Notes: generated by a model from the sequence alone, not told the origin. DNA of 64,000 nucleotides from Candidatus Eiseniibacteriota bacterium (GCA_963762255.1 CAVXKA010000002.1:480001-544000); one strand, 5' to 3'; counted from the stretch's first letter, positions 47,742 through 57,523 are shown. Numbers and translations: made by a program.

Positions 47742-47744
47742 GAG

Positions 47745-48503
47745 CTAGAACCATCCTCCGTTTTTGGCTGCGGCGACAAGGCCGACGATGATAGCGCCGA
47801 TAGCGACGAGCGTGCCACGCGATACGCGGCGGCGGCCCGCGGCGTACCCGGCCGCCACCGCGAAACCGCCGAGCCACGCCGGGCCGGAATCGGTGGCTCC
47901 GGGGCTCAGAGCGGCGATGCCGGCCGCGGCTCCTCCTGCCATCACCAGCCATGGGGCCGCGGTGAGCGCGCGCCGAAACCACCGAGACCGCACGAGGAGA
48001 TGCACGTTCTCTCCTCTGCGGTACCCCCAGAACACGCCACCCACCCTCAGGCCCAGGTGCACCGCGTTGTAGACGACGAGGAGGAACACCGCGCCCCACG
48101 CTCCGGTCAGGAGAGCGATCGCGCTCCCCCCCAACCCAGCCAGTGGCCTGGCGCCCCCCCAGACCATGGCATCGCCCGCCGCCGCAAAGGGACCTTCGAG
48201 ACCCTTCTTGAGCCGTACGACCCGGTCGAGTGCGACAGCATCCCCCGCCGCGGCCCGCTCCTCCAGGCGGACCACCGCTCCCAGGATCGGACCGGCCATC
48301 GCCGGGTTCGTATTGAACATCGCGAGATGGCGCTGCAAGAACAGCCGGCGCGTTTCGAAATCGGGCCAGAGTACCGCTGCAGGCGCCAGAGCGGACGCCA
48401 CCCCCAGAGCCTGCCTCCGCTCGGGGTTGTACGCAGCCTGAAGGAACAGGCCTCCCCAAGCCACGCGAGCGACGAGCCCCCGGCGACGGCGCACCTCGGT
48501 CAT
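47745..48503 (-). CDS. Mannose-class PTS EIID component
   Basis: LQAAYNPERRQ, FNTNP...GPILG...LEE, GPFAAAGD..VW, YNAVH. Confidence 0.85.
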   Translation of the reverse strand: MTEVRRRRGLVARVAWGGLFLQAAYNPERRQALGVASALAPAAVLWPDFETRRLFLQRHLAMFNTNPAMAGPILGAVVRLEERAAAGDAVALDRVVRLKKGLEGPFAAAGDAMVWGGARPLAGLGGSAIALLTGAWGAVFLLVVYNAVHLGLRVGGVFWGYRRGENVHLLVRSRWFRRALTAAPWLVMAGGAAAGIAALSPGATDSGPAWLGGFAVAAGYAAGRRRVSRGTLVAIGAIIVGLVAAAKNGGWF

Positions 48504-49210
48504 CGCAGCCCCCAGATCGCCGCCGCTCCGACCAGGGTCACGACAAGCCAGAGGAGTCCGCGACCCCGCCGCTCGACCAGGGTCATGGTATGGCCCAGAC
48601 CCGCCCCGAAAACCGGCACGGCCACCCACCGCCCATCCGCGACGGGCGCGCGCTCGGCGAGGTTCAGGCCGGCGAGCCCTGCCAATAGACCCAGTGCCGC
48701 CAGGACAATGCCCAGCAGCACGCTCTGAAGGACACCCGTCAAGTTGGCTCGTACCACACCGCCGGGCGATCCCGCGTCCGCGGCGGCGAGCGCTCGCTCG
48801 ACCAGACCGGTGCGGTTCCGCCGTTTCCACATGACAAGCGCGCGTCCGGCCTCGGCGGCTACGAACGCCGCCATGAGCGCCGCGGCGAGCGATGCTGCAT
48901 CGGGGATGCGGAGTGCGCCCCAGGTCGAGGCTCGAGGCGCGGACATCGTCGCCACTCCCACCGCGGCCACCGTTGCCGGTCCCACCACGGGGAAGGACGC
49001 GCCTCCCAGGGCATAGGCCCGCCCCCAAACCAACTGCAGGGTCAAACCCACGCCGAGCCCTAGCATCGGCTCCCCCATCACCCACCCTCCGAGCCAACCC
49101 GCCACGAGCGGCTGACTCACCATGATCTGCAGGGCGGCCGTGGTGTCCGCGCCGACCCAGCCGGCGAGCAGCAAGAGACCCGCGAGTTGCGGAGGCGTGG
49201 GAACGCTCAG
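48500..49210 (-). CDS. Mannose-class PTS EIIC component (probable CTG start)
   Basis: D...LQIMVSQPLVAG...G..GEP..GL.VG.TLQL.W...LGGA.FP; in-frame CTG overlaps the upstream TGA, with SD GGAGGT. Confidence 0.8.
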   Translation of the reverse strand: MSVPTPPQLAGLLLLAGWVGADTTAALQIMVSQPLVAGWLGGWVMGEPMLGLGVGLTLQLVWGRAYALGGASFPVVGPATVAAVGVATMSAPRASTWGALRIPDAASLAAALMAAFVAAEAGRALVMWKRRNRTGLVERALAAADAGSPGGVVRANLTGVLQSVLLGIVLAALGLLAGLAGLNLAERAPVADGRWVAVPVFGAGLGHTMTLVERRGRGLLWLVVTLVGAAAIWGLR

Positions 49211-51348
49211 AGCCGGCTGACCTCCAGGCGGAAGTCGAGCCGCCGCCGCTCCCGCGGGGCAAGCATCAACCGCCAGTTGGGGAGAAGGGACGAGGACTGG
49301 TAGATGCGCTCGAAGCCCGCTTCAGACAGCGACACCGTCTCTACCGGCACCCGCCACAGGAGCGCGGGCTCTTCGAAGGTGAGGCGCACTTCGAAGCCGC
49401 GGTGGCGATCGACGAGGCCCACCGATGTCGTCCCCTCGGTTTCGCCCATCGAATTGAATGCCGAAGCTTCGTCGGGCACCCCGGCGATCCGGTAACGATG
49501 ATCCGGCGAGTCTCCCGCGAGCATGGCGAAGTTCCACTCCACGCCGAACCAGGTCTCCAGGGGTTGCTCGTCGAGGTTCTCCAGGTGGTAGGTCACGTCC
49601 AGGAACGCGCCCCGCGAGCCGATGCGCACTTGCTTCTCCACGCTCACCCGGCGGGCTTCTCCGTCCTTCCACACCCGGCCGCTGCGCCGCAGCGAGACGA
49701 TGCGGTCTCCGCTACGCTCGACGGTACCCGCCTCGTAGGCGCCGGTCAGAAAATCCCCTTGCTCCCCGTAATCGCCGCGGTGGAACGCCTCGATGGTCGC
49801 GTCCGAACGCAGGAAGTGATCGAGCAACGACACCCGGCGGTAGCGATCGTAGTGCAGGTATCGCTCCAGCCCCGCCTCCTTGCTGAGGACGAGATCGTGG
49901 ATGCTCTTGGTGCCGCCGTTGTCGTCGTGGGTCTCCCCGGCGGAAACCGCCTGGCGCACCTTATCGTGGTAGGCCTCGGGGCGGCGGGAGAGACCGTTGC
50001 CCAGCGCCACCCGGAGTGGCTTGACGCTCGTCTCCTGCAAACCCCCGCCTTCTCCCGGCGCCAGTACCAGCGTGAGATCGGGGTTGGTGAGGAACACCTC
50101 GCGATCGCCGTCGCAATCGAAATCGACCCGCTCGACTTCGGTCCAGGGCGCGTTGCCGAGGCGCGCGCGGTCGGCTTCCTCTTCCGCTTCGAGGATGCGC
50201 TCGTAGAGTGCGTTGCGCAGGTGCGGCAGGTAGAGCCCGCCGAAGACCCCGTGCCAGTAGGCACAGTTGCACTGGGCCGACCAGAGAAGATCCATCGCCT
50301 TCTCCCGGACGGCGCGGGAGTGATCGTCTATCCGCTCCACCTTGCGGCGCACCATGAGCATGCGCTTGTTGATGTGGTCGCTCTCCGGATAGCGCGCGAA
50401 GAAGTTCCGCCAGAAGCCGCCCCGCACGAACTCGGCGTTGCCGTTCTCCTCGCGCAGCACGCGTTCGTGGAAGGCGTGGAACCGGCGCTGCGACTCGGGG
50501 GGCATCGCCCACTCCATCATCTCTTCGTAGGACGCGGTCGGAAGGTACACCTTGCCGAGAGGAGGAACGGTGCCGAGCACCTCGGAGGGGAAGCGCGATC
50601 GGATCCATTCCTGATTCGCTTCGAGAGCCTCGAAGAATCGGGCCAGCCAGCCCTGCTCGTATACATGGACGTATGTGTTGGGCCACACACCGAACTTCTC
50701 GCCGTCGTCGCCTAGCAGCGCCACACGCCCGGGCTCCTCCTCCGCGAGATCGCGGAGAAGCGCGATCGTCTCCTCCACCGGGCGGAAGGGAATGGCGTAG
50801 CGGAGCTGCTTGGAGATCGGGAAGACGTGCAGCGGCACCCCCTGGTCCTCGGTGAGGTAGTGCCCCCAGAGTCGGTCGCGGGACAGGCCGGCGGCGATGA
50901 AGTGGGTGTCGTCCGTCATCGTGTAGCGCACGCCCGCGCGCGCGAGCGCTCCCACCATGGAGGGCTCCCACACCCGCTCGGTCAGCCAGAGACCGATGGG
51001 TCGCTGCCCGTAGCGGTGGGAAAGCCACTCGCTGAGCTTGCGCACCTGTCCCTCGCGGTCGGCCTCCGGAATGGAAGAGAGCACCGGCTCGTAGTAGCCG
51101 CCGGTCAGGAGTTCGATCTGGCCGCGATCGACCAGGGCGCCCAACTGATCCAGGTATTCGGGGCGATGCTCCCGGAACCAGTCGATCAGGCAGCCCGAGT
51201 TGTGCAGCGCGACCTTCACGCCGGGGTAGCGCGACAGCACTTCAAGAAAGGGGCGGTAGGATTTCTGGTAGGCGTCTTCCACCACGTTGTCGAAGTTGCC
51301 CACCGGCTGGTGATTATGAATCGCCAGCAGGAAGTTGATCGTATTCAA
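49207..51348 (-). CDS. GH57 4-alpha-glucanotransferase/alpha-amylase with DUF1925/DUF1926-like C-terminal domains, cytoplasmic
   Basis: HNHQP, GQIELLTGGYYEP, WLTERVW (nucleophile Glu), DDGEKFG.W (acid/base Asp), AQCNCAYWHGVFGGLY, SLSEAGFERIYQ; TTG start with SD GGAGGG. Confidence 0.92.
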   Translation of the reverse strand: MNTINFLLAIHNHQPVGNFDNVVEDAYQKSYRPFLEVLSRYPGVKVALHNSGCLIDWFREHRPEYLDQLGALVDRGQIELLTGGYYEPVLSSIPEADREGQVRKLSEWLSHRYGQRPIGLWLTERVWEPSMVGALARAGVRYTMTDDTHFIAAGLSRDRLWGHYLTEDQGVPLHVFPISKQLRYAIPFRPVEETIALLRDLAEEEPGRVALLGDDGEKFGVWPNTYVHVYEQGWLARFFEALEANQEWIRSRFPSEVLGTVPPLGKVYLPTASYEEMMEWAMPPESQRRFHAFHERVLREENGNAEFVRGGFWRNFFARYPESDHINKRMLMVRRKVERIDDHSRAVREKAMDLLWSAQCNCAYWHGVFGGLYLPHLRNALYERILEAEEEADRARLGNAPWTEVERVDFDCDGDREVFLTNPDLTLVLAPGEGGGLQETSVKPLRVALGNGLSRRPEAYHDKVRQAVSAGETHDDNGGTKSIHDLVLSKEAGLERYLHYDRYRRVSLLDHFLRSDATIEAFHRGDYGEQGDFLTGAYEAGTVERSGDRIVSLRRSGRVWKDGEARRVSVEKQVRIGSRGAFLDVTYHLENLDEQPLETWFGVEWNFAMLAGDSPDHRYRIAGVPDEASAFNSMGETEGTTSVGLVDRHRGFEVRLTFEEPALLWRVPVETVSLSEAGFERIYQSSSLLPNWRLMLAPRERRRLDFRLEVSRL

Positions 51349-51826
51349 GTCGTCCCTCCGCGAGCGCGGCATTGATGTTCACCGCCGGATGGCCGGGGAG
51401 ATCCTGTCCGACGACGCGGATCCCCATCGCGTCCAGTTCCCTGAACGCGGCGATGTCCTCCGGAGTGAGGTAGAGATAGTCGAGGAACCGGCGCGCGCCA
51501 CGACGAGGGTGGAGTCCGCCCAGGTTCACCTCGCGGATCGGGGCCCCGCCCCGAACCAGATCCAAAACGACGGCGGGAGAGCGTACCAGGAGGATCGCCC
51601 GGCCCGGAAGCCCTTCAGCGAGGCGGCGGGCGGCGGCGGCGGCGTCCAGCGCCTCCGCCGCGACGTCGGGGGGCGCCCCCGAGAGGACGATATCGCGCTC
51701 CCACGCGTCGGCGGCAAGATGATCGTCAGCAACGAGGATGCGATCGAAATCGAGGGCCCCGCGCACGCCCATCACCACCTGCCCGTGGATGAGCCGTTCG
51801 TCCACCCGCGCGAGGAGGAGGCTCAT
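51314..51826 (-). CDS. Mannose-class PTS EIIB component
   Basis: RVDERLIHGQV (phospho-His), EVNLGGLH; ATGA overlap with EIIA. Confidence 0.9.
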   Translation of the reverse strand: MSLLLARVDERLIHGQVVMGVRGALDFDRILVADDHLAADAWERDIVLSGAPPDVAAEALDAAAAARRLAEGLPGRAILLVRSPAVVLDLVRGGAPIREVNLGGLHPRRGARRFLDYLYLTPEDIAAFRELDAMGIRVVGQDLPGHPAVNINAALAEGRLEYDQLPAGDS

Positions 51827-52227
51827 TGCCGCATCCCTCCGAGATAGACCTCCACGCCGCCCCGTCCGCGTTCGCTCAGATGGCGCACGAACGCCGCGAT
51901 GCTGTCGGTCTTGTGGGATCGCGCCACCGCGAGGAGGATGGGCAGGTTCACTCCGGCCACGATGCCCACGTCGTCGCGGCCCCGAGCCACGATCCGCGCA
52001 GCCTGGCAGCAAGAGCCGAAATCCACATCGGCGAGGATGAGCGCCGGACCGGGGTGGGCATCCAGCCACCGGTGGATAAGTTCCTCGAGCGCTTCCTTGC
52101 CCAGGCCCTGGTTGGAGAGCGCATCGACCCCGGGGCGAAATCCAAGAATGGACGCCGCGCCTTCCAGGAGTCCCTCCCCGAAGCCGGGGTGCGAGACGAG
52201 CAGAACGGGAAAGGGCAGCGCCGTCAC
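51823..52227 (-). CDS. Mannose-class PTS EIIA component
   Basis: LLVSH (phospho-His), LILAD..FGS, AGVNLPILL. Confidence 0.85.
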   Translation of the reverse strand: MTALPFPVLLVSHPGFGEGLLEGAASILGFRPGVDALSNQGLGKEALEELIHRWLDAHPGPALILADVDFGSCCQAARIVARGRDDVGIVAGVNLPILLAVARSHKTDSIAAFVRHLSERGRGGVEVYLGGMRQ

Positions 52228-53192
52228 TCCAGATCGTCCCGCGCGAGGAGTTTGAGCCGGGAGTTCTGCGTCATGATCTCGGAGAGCTTGCGATCGAACT
52301 CCTGTGCGGCGTCAAAGCCGTAGGACTTCACCAGGTAGTTGAGGGCGATCACCTCGGCGATCACGGTGATGTTCTTGCCCGGATAGATCGGCACCGTGAC
52401 GAGGGGAATCTGCACGCCGAGAAGGGTGGTGAGACGATCCTCGAGGCCGGTGCGCTCGTAGTCCAGACCGTCCTTCCACTCCTCGAGGTGCACCTCCACC
52501 TCGATCCGCTTCTGGAATCGGATGGCGCGGATCCCGAACACCTTTTGAAGATCGATGATCCCCACCCCGCGGATCTCGATATGGTGACCGAGCACCTTGT
52601 TGGCCGAGCCGATGAGCACGTTCTCGTGACGGCGCTTGATCGTGACGACGTCGTCGGCCACCAGCCGGTGTCCGCGCTCCACGAGGTCGAGCGCGCATTC
52701 CGACTTGCCGATGCCGCTGCGACCCGTGAAGAGAAGCCCCACGCCGTAGACGTCCACGAGCGAACCGTGGGTGGTGCTGGCCGGCGCGAAGATGTCGTCC
52801 AGGTAGGCGGTCAGCTCGTGAATGAACGGGGTGGTGGACATCGGCGTGCCCAGAACCGGGATCCCTCTCTCCTCCGCCCGCTGGAGGAACGAGTACGGAA
52901 GGTCCAGATCCTTGGTCACGATGATGCACGGCACCTGGAACTGGAAGAGCCGTCCCTCGGCGACCAGCCGCTCGGCCTCGGAGTAGGAGGCGAGGAGGCC
53001 GATCTCGGTCTCCCCCACCACCTGGATTCGCTCGCTGAGGAAGTTCTCGGCGTACGCCGCCATAGCGAGCCCCGGTCGGTTGATGTCACTCACCGTGATG
53101 GAGACGCGTGACTCCAGGGAGGAGGTGAGCTTCTCGAACTCGAACGCATCCTTGCGCTCTTCGTACAAGCGGGCGACGCTGATCTGGTTCAT
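52224..53192 (-). CDS. hprK: HPr(Ser) kinase/phosphorylase
   Basis: NRPGL, HGSLVDVYGVG, GRSGIGKSECALDLVERGHRLVADD, EIRGVGII, PGKN. Confidence 0.96.
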   Translation of the reverse strand: MNQISVARLYEERKDAFEFEKLTSSLESRVSITVSDINRPGLAMAAYAENFLSERIQVVGETEIGLLASYSEAERLVAEGRLFQFQVPCIIVTKDLDLPYSFLQRAEERGIPVLGTPMSTTPFIHELTAYLDDIFAPASTTHGSLVDVYGVGLLFTGRSGIGKSECALDLVERGHRLVADDVVTIKRRHENVLIGSANKVLGHHIEIRGVGIIDLQKVFGIRAIRFQKRIEVEVHLEEWKDGLDYERTGLEDRLTTLLGVQIPLVTVPIYPGKNITVIAEVIALNYLVKSYGFDAAQEFDRKLSEIMTQNSRLKLLARDDLE

Positions 53193-53213
53193 GGGTCCTC
53201 GCCGGCGCGGGGC

Positions 53214-53789
53214 CTATTCGAGGTGAATGTCCACGACGCCCACGTGTCCGTCGCGCCGCTTGAATACGATGGTGGGTCGATGGGTGGCGGTGTTGGTGAA
53301 GCCCAGCACCTCGCGCCGCGAAACCCGCAACTGCGCGGCCGCCTCGGCCGCGGTCATCTCCACGTCGAATTCGCCCGCGTCGTCGCTCACCAGCCCGTCG
53401 AAATCGCTCGCGTCGAATCCGAGCGCAGCCTCCTCGTCGGCCGGAGTCTCCATGGCCTCGGGCTCGGGCCCGATCGGAGGCGTCTCGCCGCCGCGGCGAC
53501 GCTTCTGCCGGGTGAGGCGGTCTTTGTGCCGACGCAACTGGACCTCGAGCTTGTCGATCACCTGCTCGAACGCGCCCTTGTCGTTGTCGGCCACCGCGTG
53601 GCTCACCAGGGGGGTGCCGTTGGCGGTGATCGAGGCCTCGGCGTGATAGCGGTTGCGCTCGAAGCTCACCACGACGCGGGCACCCATGATGCGGTCGAAG
53701 TAGCGCTGCAGTTTCGACAGCCGGTCTTCGACTCGCTGTCTCAAGCTCTCCGTGAGCTCGAAGTGCCGCGTGGTGATTTCGGTGTTCAT
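53214..53789 (-). CDS. hpf: Ribosome hibernation promoting factor (long HPF/RaiA)
   Basis: ITTRHFELTESLR..VE.RL.KL.RYFD; DKLE.QLRRHKD; C-terminal MT.EEA-like and KRRDG..G.V; after rpoN. Confidence 0.88.
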   Translation of the reverse strand: MNTEITTRHFELTESLRQRVEDRLSKLQRYFDRIMGARVVVSFERNRYHAEASITANGTPLVSHAVADNDKGAFEQVIDKLEVQLRRHKDRLTRQKRRRGGETPPIGPEPEAMETPADEEAALGFDASDFDGLVSDDAGEFDVEMTAAEAAAQLRVSRREVLGFTNTATHRPTIVFKRRDGHVGVVDIHLE

Positions 53790-53860
53790 TGTTCGGGTTC
53801 TCCCTTCTTCACGACGGGTTGTCCGGTTCGTCCCGTTCCTCAAGGCGTGTGCGGCCGCCC

Positions 53861-55279
53861 TCAGTGCCGCCGGCGCAATCGGGCGCTGGCGATCCCCAGC
53901 GCTTCGCGGTACTTCGCCACCGTGCGCCGCGCGATATCCACTCCCTCGGCGCGCAGCGTGTCGGCGATCTTCTGGTCGGAGAGCGGGCGACGCTTTTCCT
54001 CGACCTCGATGAGCCGGGTGATCTTCTCCTTGGCCGCTTTGGACGAGATGTCCTCGCCGTCCGAGGTCCCCAATCCGGACGAGAAGAAGAACTTCAGCTC
54101 GAACACCCCCCGAGGGGTCTGTACGTACTTTCCGCTGGTGACCCGGCTCACCGTCGACTCGTGCATCTCGATCTCGCGCGCCACGTCCTGGAGCGTCAGC
54201 GGTCTGAGGTGCAGCACGCCGTGGTCGAAGAAGGCGCGCTGCTTCTCCACGATCTTCTGCATGACCTTCACCATGGTACGCCGGCGCTGCTCGATGGTCT
54301 GCACGATCCACCGGGCCGACTTGAGCTTGGCCCGCACGAAGTCCTTGGTCTTTTGATCGTCACCCCCCTGGCCGAGGATGACCTTTTCGTAGGCGCGGTT
54401 GATGCGCAGCCGGGGGACGTTTCGGTCGTTGAGGAAGACCACGTAGTCCTCCCCCACCCTCTCCACCACGAGGTCGGGATAGACGTAGCGCGCATCCGTG
54501 CCCGCGAGTTGGGCCCCGGGGTTCGGATTGAGGCCGGCGATGAGATCCATCGCCTCCTGCACCGCCTGCACCGAGATCTTGAACGCACGGGCGATGTCGG
54601 TGAGGCGGCGATTCTTGAGCGCCTCCCAGTGGTCCCGCACGATCTGATAGGAAAGGCCGTCGTCCAGGCCGCGGGCCCGGAGCTGAAGGAGCAGCGACTC
54701 CTGCAAGTCGCGCGCGCCCACCCCCGGGGGCTCACACTGGCGGAGATAGCCCATTAGGCGCTCCACGCGTTCCGGCTCCGTGCCGGTGAGCTCCACGATC
54801 TCTTCGTCGGTCATGGTGAGGTAGCCACGATCGTCGAGCGAGCCGAGCAGGAAATCGGTCACCGCCTCGTCCTCGGGACCCATCTGGCGCATCAGGAGCT
54901 GCTCGCGCAGAAACTCCTCCAGGGTTGCCACGGAGACATTGACCCGCTCGTACTGCTCCTCCTGACGTTCGGGCGTGGGGACGGTGCCGACGTCGCTCGC
55001 GTCCTGGAGGTAGGCCTCCCAGTCCACTTCGTCGTCCGGGCCGTCCTCCTCCGGCGTATCCGTCGCCGCCTCCGCCTCGCCGTTTCCGTCCAATGTAACA
55101 TCGGGCTCTTCGCTGATCTCGTCCACTTCCTCGAGCAGAGGGTTGGTCTGAAGCTCGGTCTTCAGTTCCTCGCGCAACTCCAGCGTAGGCAGAGTAAGGA
55201 GTTTCAGCGCCTGCCGCAGCTTCTGGGTCATGATCAGCTTCTGCGTCAGGGTCTGGCGCAGTTGGTGTTTCATTTCCAT
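53861..55279 (-). CDS. rpoN: RNA polymerase sigma-54 factor
   Basis: LRPLTL..VA....MHESTVSR, LSDQKI, RpoN box ARRTVAKYRE. Confidence 0.97.
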   Translation of the reverse strand: MEMKHQLRQTLTQKLIMTQKLRQALKLLTLPTLELREELKTELQTNPLLEEVDEISEEPDVTLDGNGEAEAATDTPEEDGPDDEVDWEAYLQDASDVGTVPTPERQEEQYERVNVSVATLEEFLREQLLMRQMGPEDEAVTDFLLGSLDDRGYLTMTDEEIVELTGTEPERVERLMGYLRQCEPPGVGARDLQESLLLQLRARGLDDGLSYQIVRDHWEALKNRRLTDIARAFKISVQAVQEAMDLIAGLNPNPGAQLAGTDARYVYPDLVVERVGEDYVVFLNDRNVPRLRINRAYEKVILGQGGDDQKTKDFVRAKLKSARWIVQTIEQRRRTMVKVMQKIVEKQRAFFDHGVLHLRPLTLQDVAREIEMHESTVSRVTSGKYVQTPRGVFELKFFFSSGLGTSDGEDISSKAAKEKITRLIEVEEKRRPLSDQKIADTLRAEGVDIARRTVAKYREALGIASARLRRRH

Positions 55280-55297
55280 GGCGCGATCATGGCCTTT

Positions 55298-56080
55298 CTA
55301 CAGCTTGAACTGCTCGCCCAGATAGATGCGGCGGGCCATCGGATCGTTGGCGAGCTGTTCGGACGTCCCGGACAAGAGGATCTTGCCCTCGTAGAGAATG
55401 TAGGCACGGTCGGTACTGTGCAGGGTCTCCCGCACGCTGTGATCGGTGATGAGAATGCCGAGCCCTCGGCGGCGAAGCCGGCTGATGATCTCCTGGATCT
55501 CTCCCACCGCGATAGGGTCGATCCCCACGAACGGCTCGTCCAGGAGCAGGAACTTCGGTTCGGTGACCAGGGCGCGCGTGATCTCCACGCGGCGGCGCTC
55601 GCCGCCGGAAAGGTTGTACCCGACCCGGTCGGCGAGCTTGGTGATGTCGAGTTCGGCCAGAAGTTCCTCGAGCCGCTTCGCCCGTTCCTTGGAGGTGAGG
55701 TCGAGGGTCTCCAGGATGGCCAGGATGTTGTCCTTCACCGTGAGCTTGCGGAAGACCGAGGCTTCCTGCGGCAGATAGCCGATGCCGAGCCGGGCCCGGC
55801 GATACATGGGAAGGCGGGTGATGTCGTGCGCTCCGAGGGTGATGCGCCCCTCGTTCGCCTTGAGGAAGCCGACGATCATGTAGAAGGTCGTGGTCTTCCC
55901 CGCGCCGTTGGGGCCGAGCAATCCGACCACTTCGCCGGGGTGAACCTCCAGCGAGACCCCGTCCACCACACGCGTCCGCCCGTACCGCCGCACCAACGAC
56001 TCGGCGGCGAGGCACGTGCGCCCGGCGGGCTCAGGGTGCGACGGTTCGTGCGCGATCGATGAAGGTGACGTGGACGTCAC
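55298..56080 (-). CDS. lptB: LPS export ABC transporter ATPase
   Basis: [65 protein letters not shown]. Confidence 0.95.
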   Translation of the reverse strand: MTSTSPSSIAHEPSHPEPAGRTCLAAESLVRRYGRTRVVDGVSLEVHPGEVVGLLGPNGAGKTTTFYMIVGFLKANEGRITLGAHDITRLPMYRRARLGIGYLPQEASVFRKLTVKDNILAILETLDLTSKERAKRLEELLAELDITKLADRVGYNLSGGERRRVEITRALVTEPKFLLLDEPFVGIDPIAVGEIQEIISRLRRRGLGILITDHSVRETLHSTDRAYILYEGKILLSGTSEQLANDPMARRIYLGEQFKL

Positions 56081-57470
56081 GCTGCACCTCGTAGTTGGTG
56101 AGCTCGGGGTTGGAGCGAAAGCCGAAACCGGTGAGGATTCGGTCGGGCTTGGCGATGCGGACGAACTCGTCGCCGGTAATGATGTTCTCGGTCTTGGAAT
56201 AGCGCAGCGATGGCGTGAAGAGGGAGTCTCTCCCGGCGGTCACGACGGTCACCCTGCCCTCCGCGGTCATGTCCCCGCTCTCCTCGTCTACGACACCTTT
56301 CTCGGCGGTGAGCGTGGACGTGACGGCTTCCTCCCGATCGTAGAAGGTCACCAGAACGTCATCCAGTCGGATTCCCGGTTGCTTCGGGATGCGCCACGCA
56401 TACTTGGAATGAAGGTTCCAGGCGAGGCGGCCCTCGTGGGTCTCCGTCAGGTTGAAATCGCGGATCTCGCGCTCGAGGGAGGTCGTTTCCGCCGGGGCTC
56501 CCTGCTCCGGTTCGTCCCCGACACAGCCGACCACCGAGAAGATGGCGAGCAGGGCGGGAAACACGAACCGTCCGAACCGCGAAGTTCTTGGGACCCTGGG
56601 ACGAGCCGGAATCTCCCAGCGCGGGTGGATCCAGATCCACTGCTCGGGCGCCTGGCGGATCAACTCTTCCAGGGCGTGCGCGATGGTCTGGGTCGCACGC
56701 CGCGCATCCGACTCCGGCGGCAGCGGGGGGAGGACCGTCACCCGATGCGTGTCGTCGGGCAGGCGGCGGATTCCGAGCGGGATGACGGGGGCCCCCGAGG
56801 CCGCGGCGAGGCGCGCCGGTCCATCGGTCATGGGCGTCGTCTGTCCCAGAAACTCCACGGTCACGCCTCCCCGCTTGATCCTCTGATCCGCCAGCACTCC
56901 GAGAAACCCGCCGCGCCGCAGGTGGCGAAGCGCCCCGATCGGCAAGCTCTCGCTCGAGAGTGTTCTCACGCCCATCCTTCGGCGGTGCTCCGCCAAGGCC
57001 CGATCGAGTCGCGGCTCGCGCAACGGCCGAGCCAACGCGCGCACCGGGTACCCCTCGTGCACGAGCGCCGCGGCCAGAACTTCCCAACTGCCGAGATGCC
57101 CGGTCACGATGATAGCCCCCCGGCCTCCGGCGACGGCCGCGTCGAGATGCTCGCGTCCGTCGATCGTCACCAGTTTCGTGCGCGCCTCCGTCGAAAGGGA
57201 GGGGTAGCGCACGAAGTCGTAGACGTTGCGTCCGATCTCCACAAACACGCGGCGCGCTTCGCGGCGGATCCGGCGGTCGGGCCACTCGGGGTGGACCCGG
57301 CCGAGGTTGCCGCGGGCGAGCCGCCGGTCACGGGCGACGAGCAGATGTCCCGCCCATCCCACCGCCGCGCACAATCCGCGTCCCCAGGGTTCCGGCAGAA
57401 CCCCGATGAGACGAGGCAGAAACACGGCGACCCGAAACCGGGCCCAACGCCTCAACTCCTTGCCATTCAT
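56031..57470 (-). CDS. Fusion: lipid A late acyltransferase (LpxL/HtrB family) + TM/lipobox-like segment + LptC domain
   Basis: GHLGSWE (H-x4-E), [18 protein letters not shown]; then [15 protein letters not shown]; then LptC-like G.LAW.L...V.VTFYD......STLTAEKG...A.G.V.V....DSL.T..L.Y......I...FV.I......LTG.GF.SN. Confidence 0.85.
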   Translation of the reverse strand: MNGKELRRWARFRVAVFLPRLIGVLPEPWGRGLCAAVGWAGHLLVARDRRLARGNLGRVHPEWPDRRIRREARRVFVEIGRNVYDFVRYPSLSTEARTKLVTIDGREHLDAAVAGGRGAIIVTGHLGSWEVLAAALVHEGYPVRALARPLREPRLDRALAEHRRRMGVRTLSSESLPIGALRHLRRGGFLGVLADQRIKRGGVTVEFLGQTTPMTDGPARLAAASGAPVIPLGIRRLPDDTHRVTVLPPLPPESDARRATQTIAHALEELIRQAPEQWIWIHPRWEIPARPRVPRTSRFGRFVFPALLAIFSVVGCVGDEPEQGAPAETTSLEREIRDFNLTETHEGRLAWNLHSKYAWRIPKQPGIRLDDVLVTFYDREEAVTSTLTAEKGVVDEESGDMTAEGRVTVVTAGRDSLFTPSLRYSKTENIITGDEFVRIAKPDRILTGFGFRSNPELTNYEVQRDVHVTFIDRARTVAP

Positions 57471-57494
57471 ATCGGTAACTCGCAGCAAGACTTG

Positions 57495-57523
57495 AGGCTA
57501 ACAGAGGATGTTGCGGGGGTCAA
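57495..57523 (-). promoter_or_regulatory. sigma70 promoter of the lpxL/lptC-lptB-rpoN operon
   Basis: TTGACC-17 nt-TAGCCT with extended -10 TG. Confidence 0.55.
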
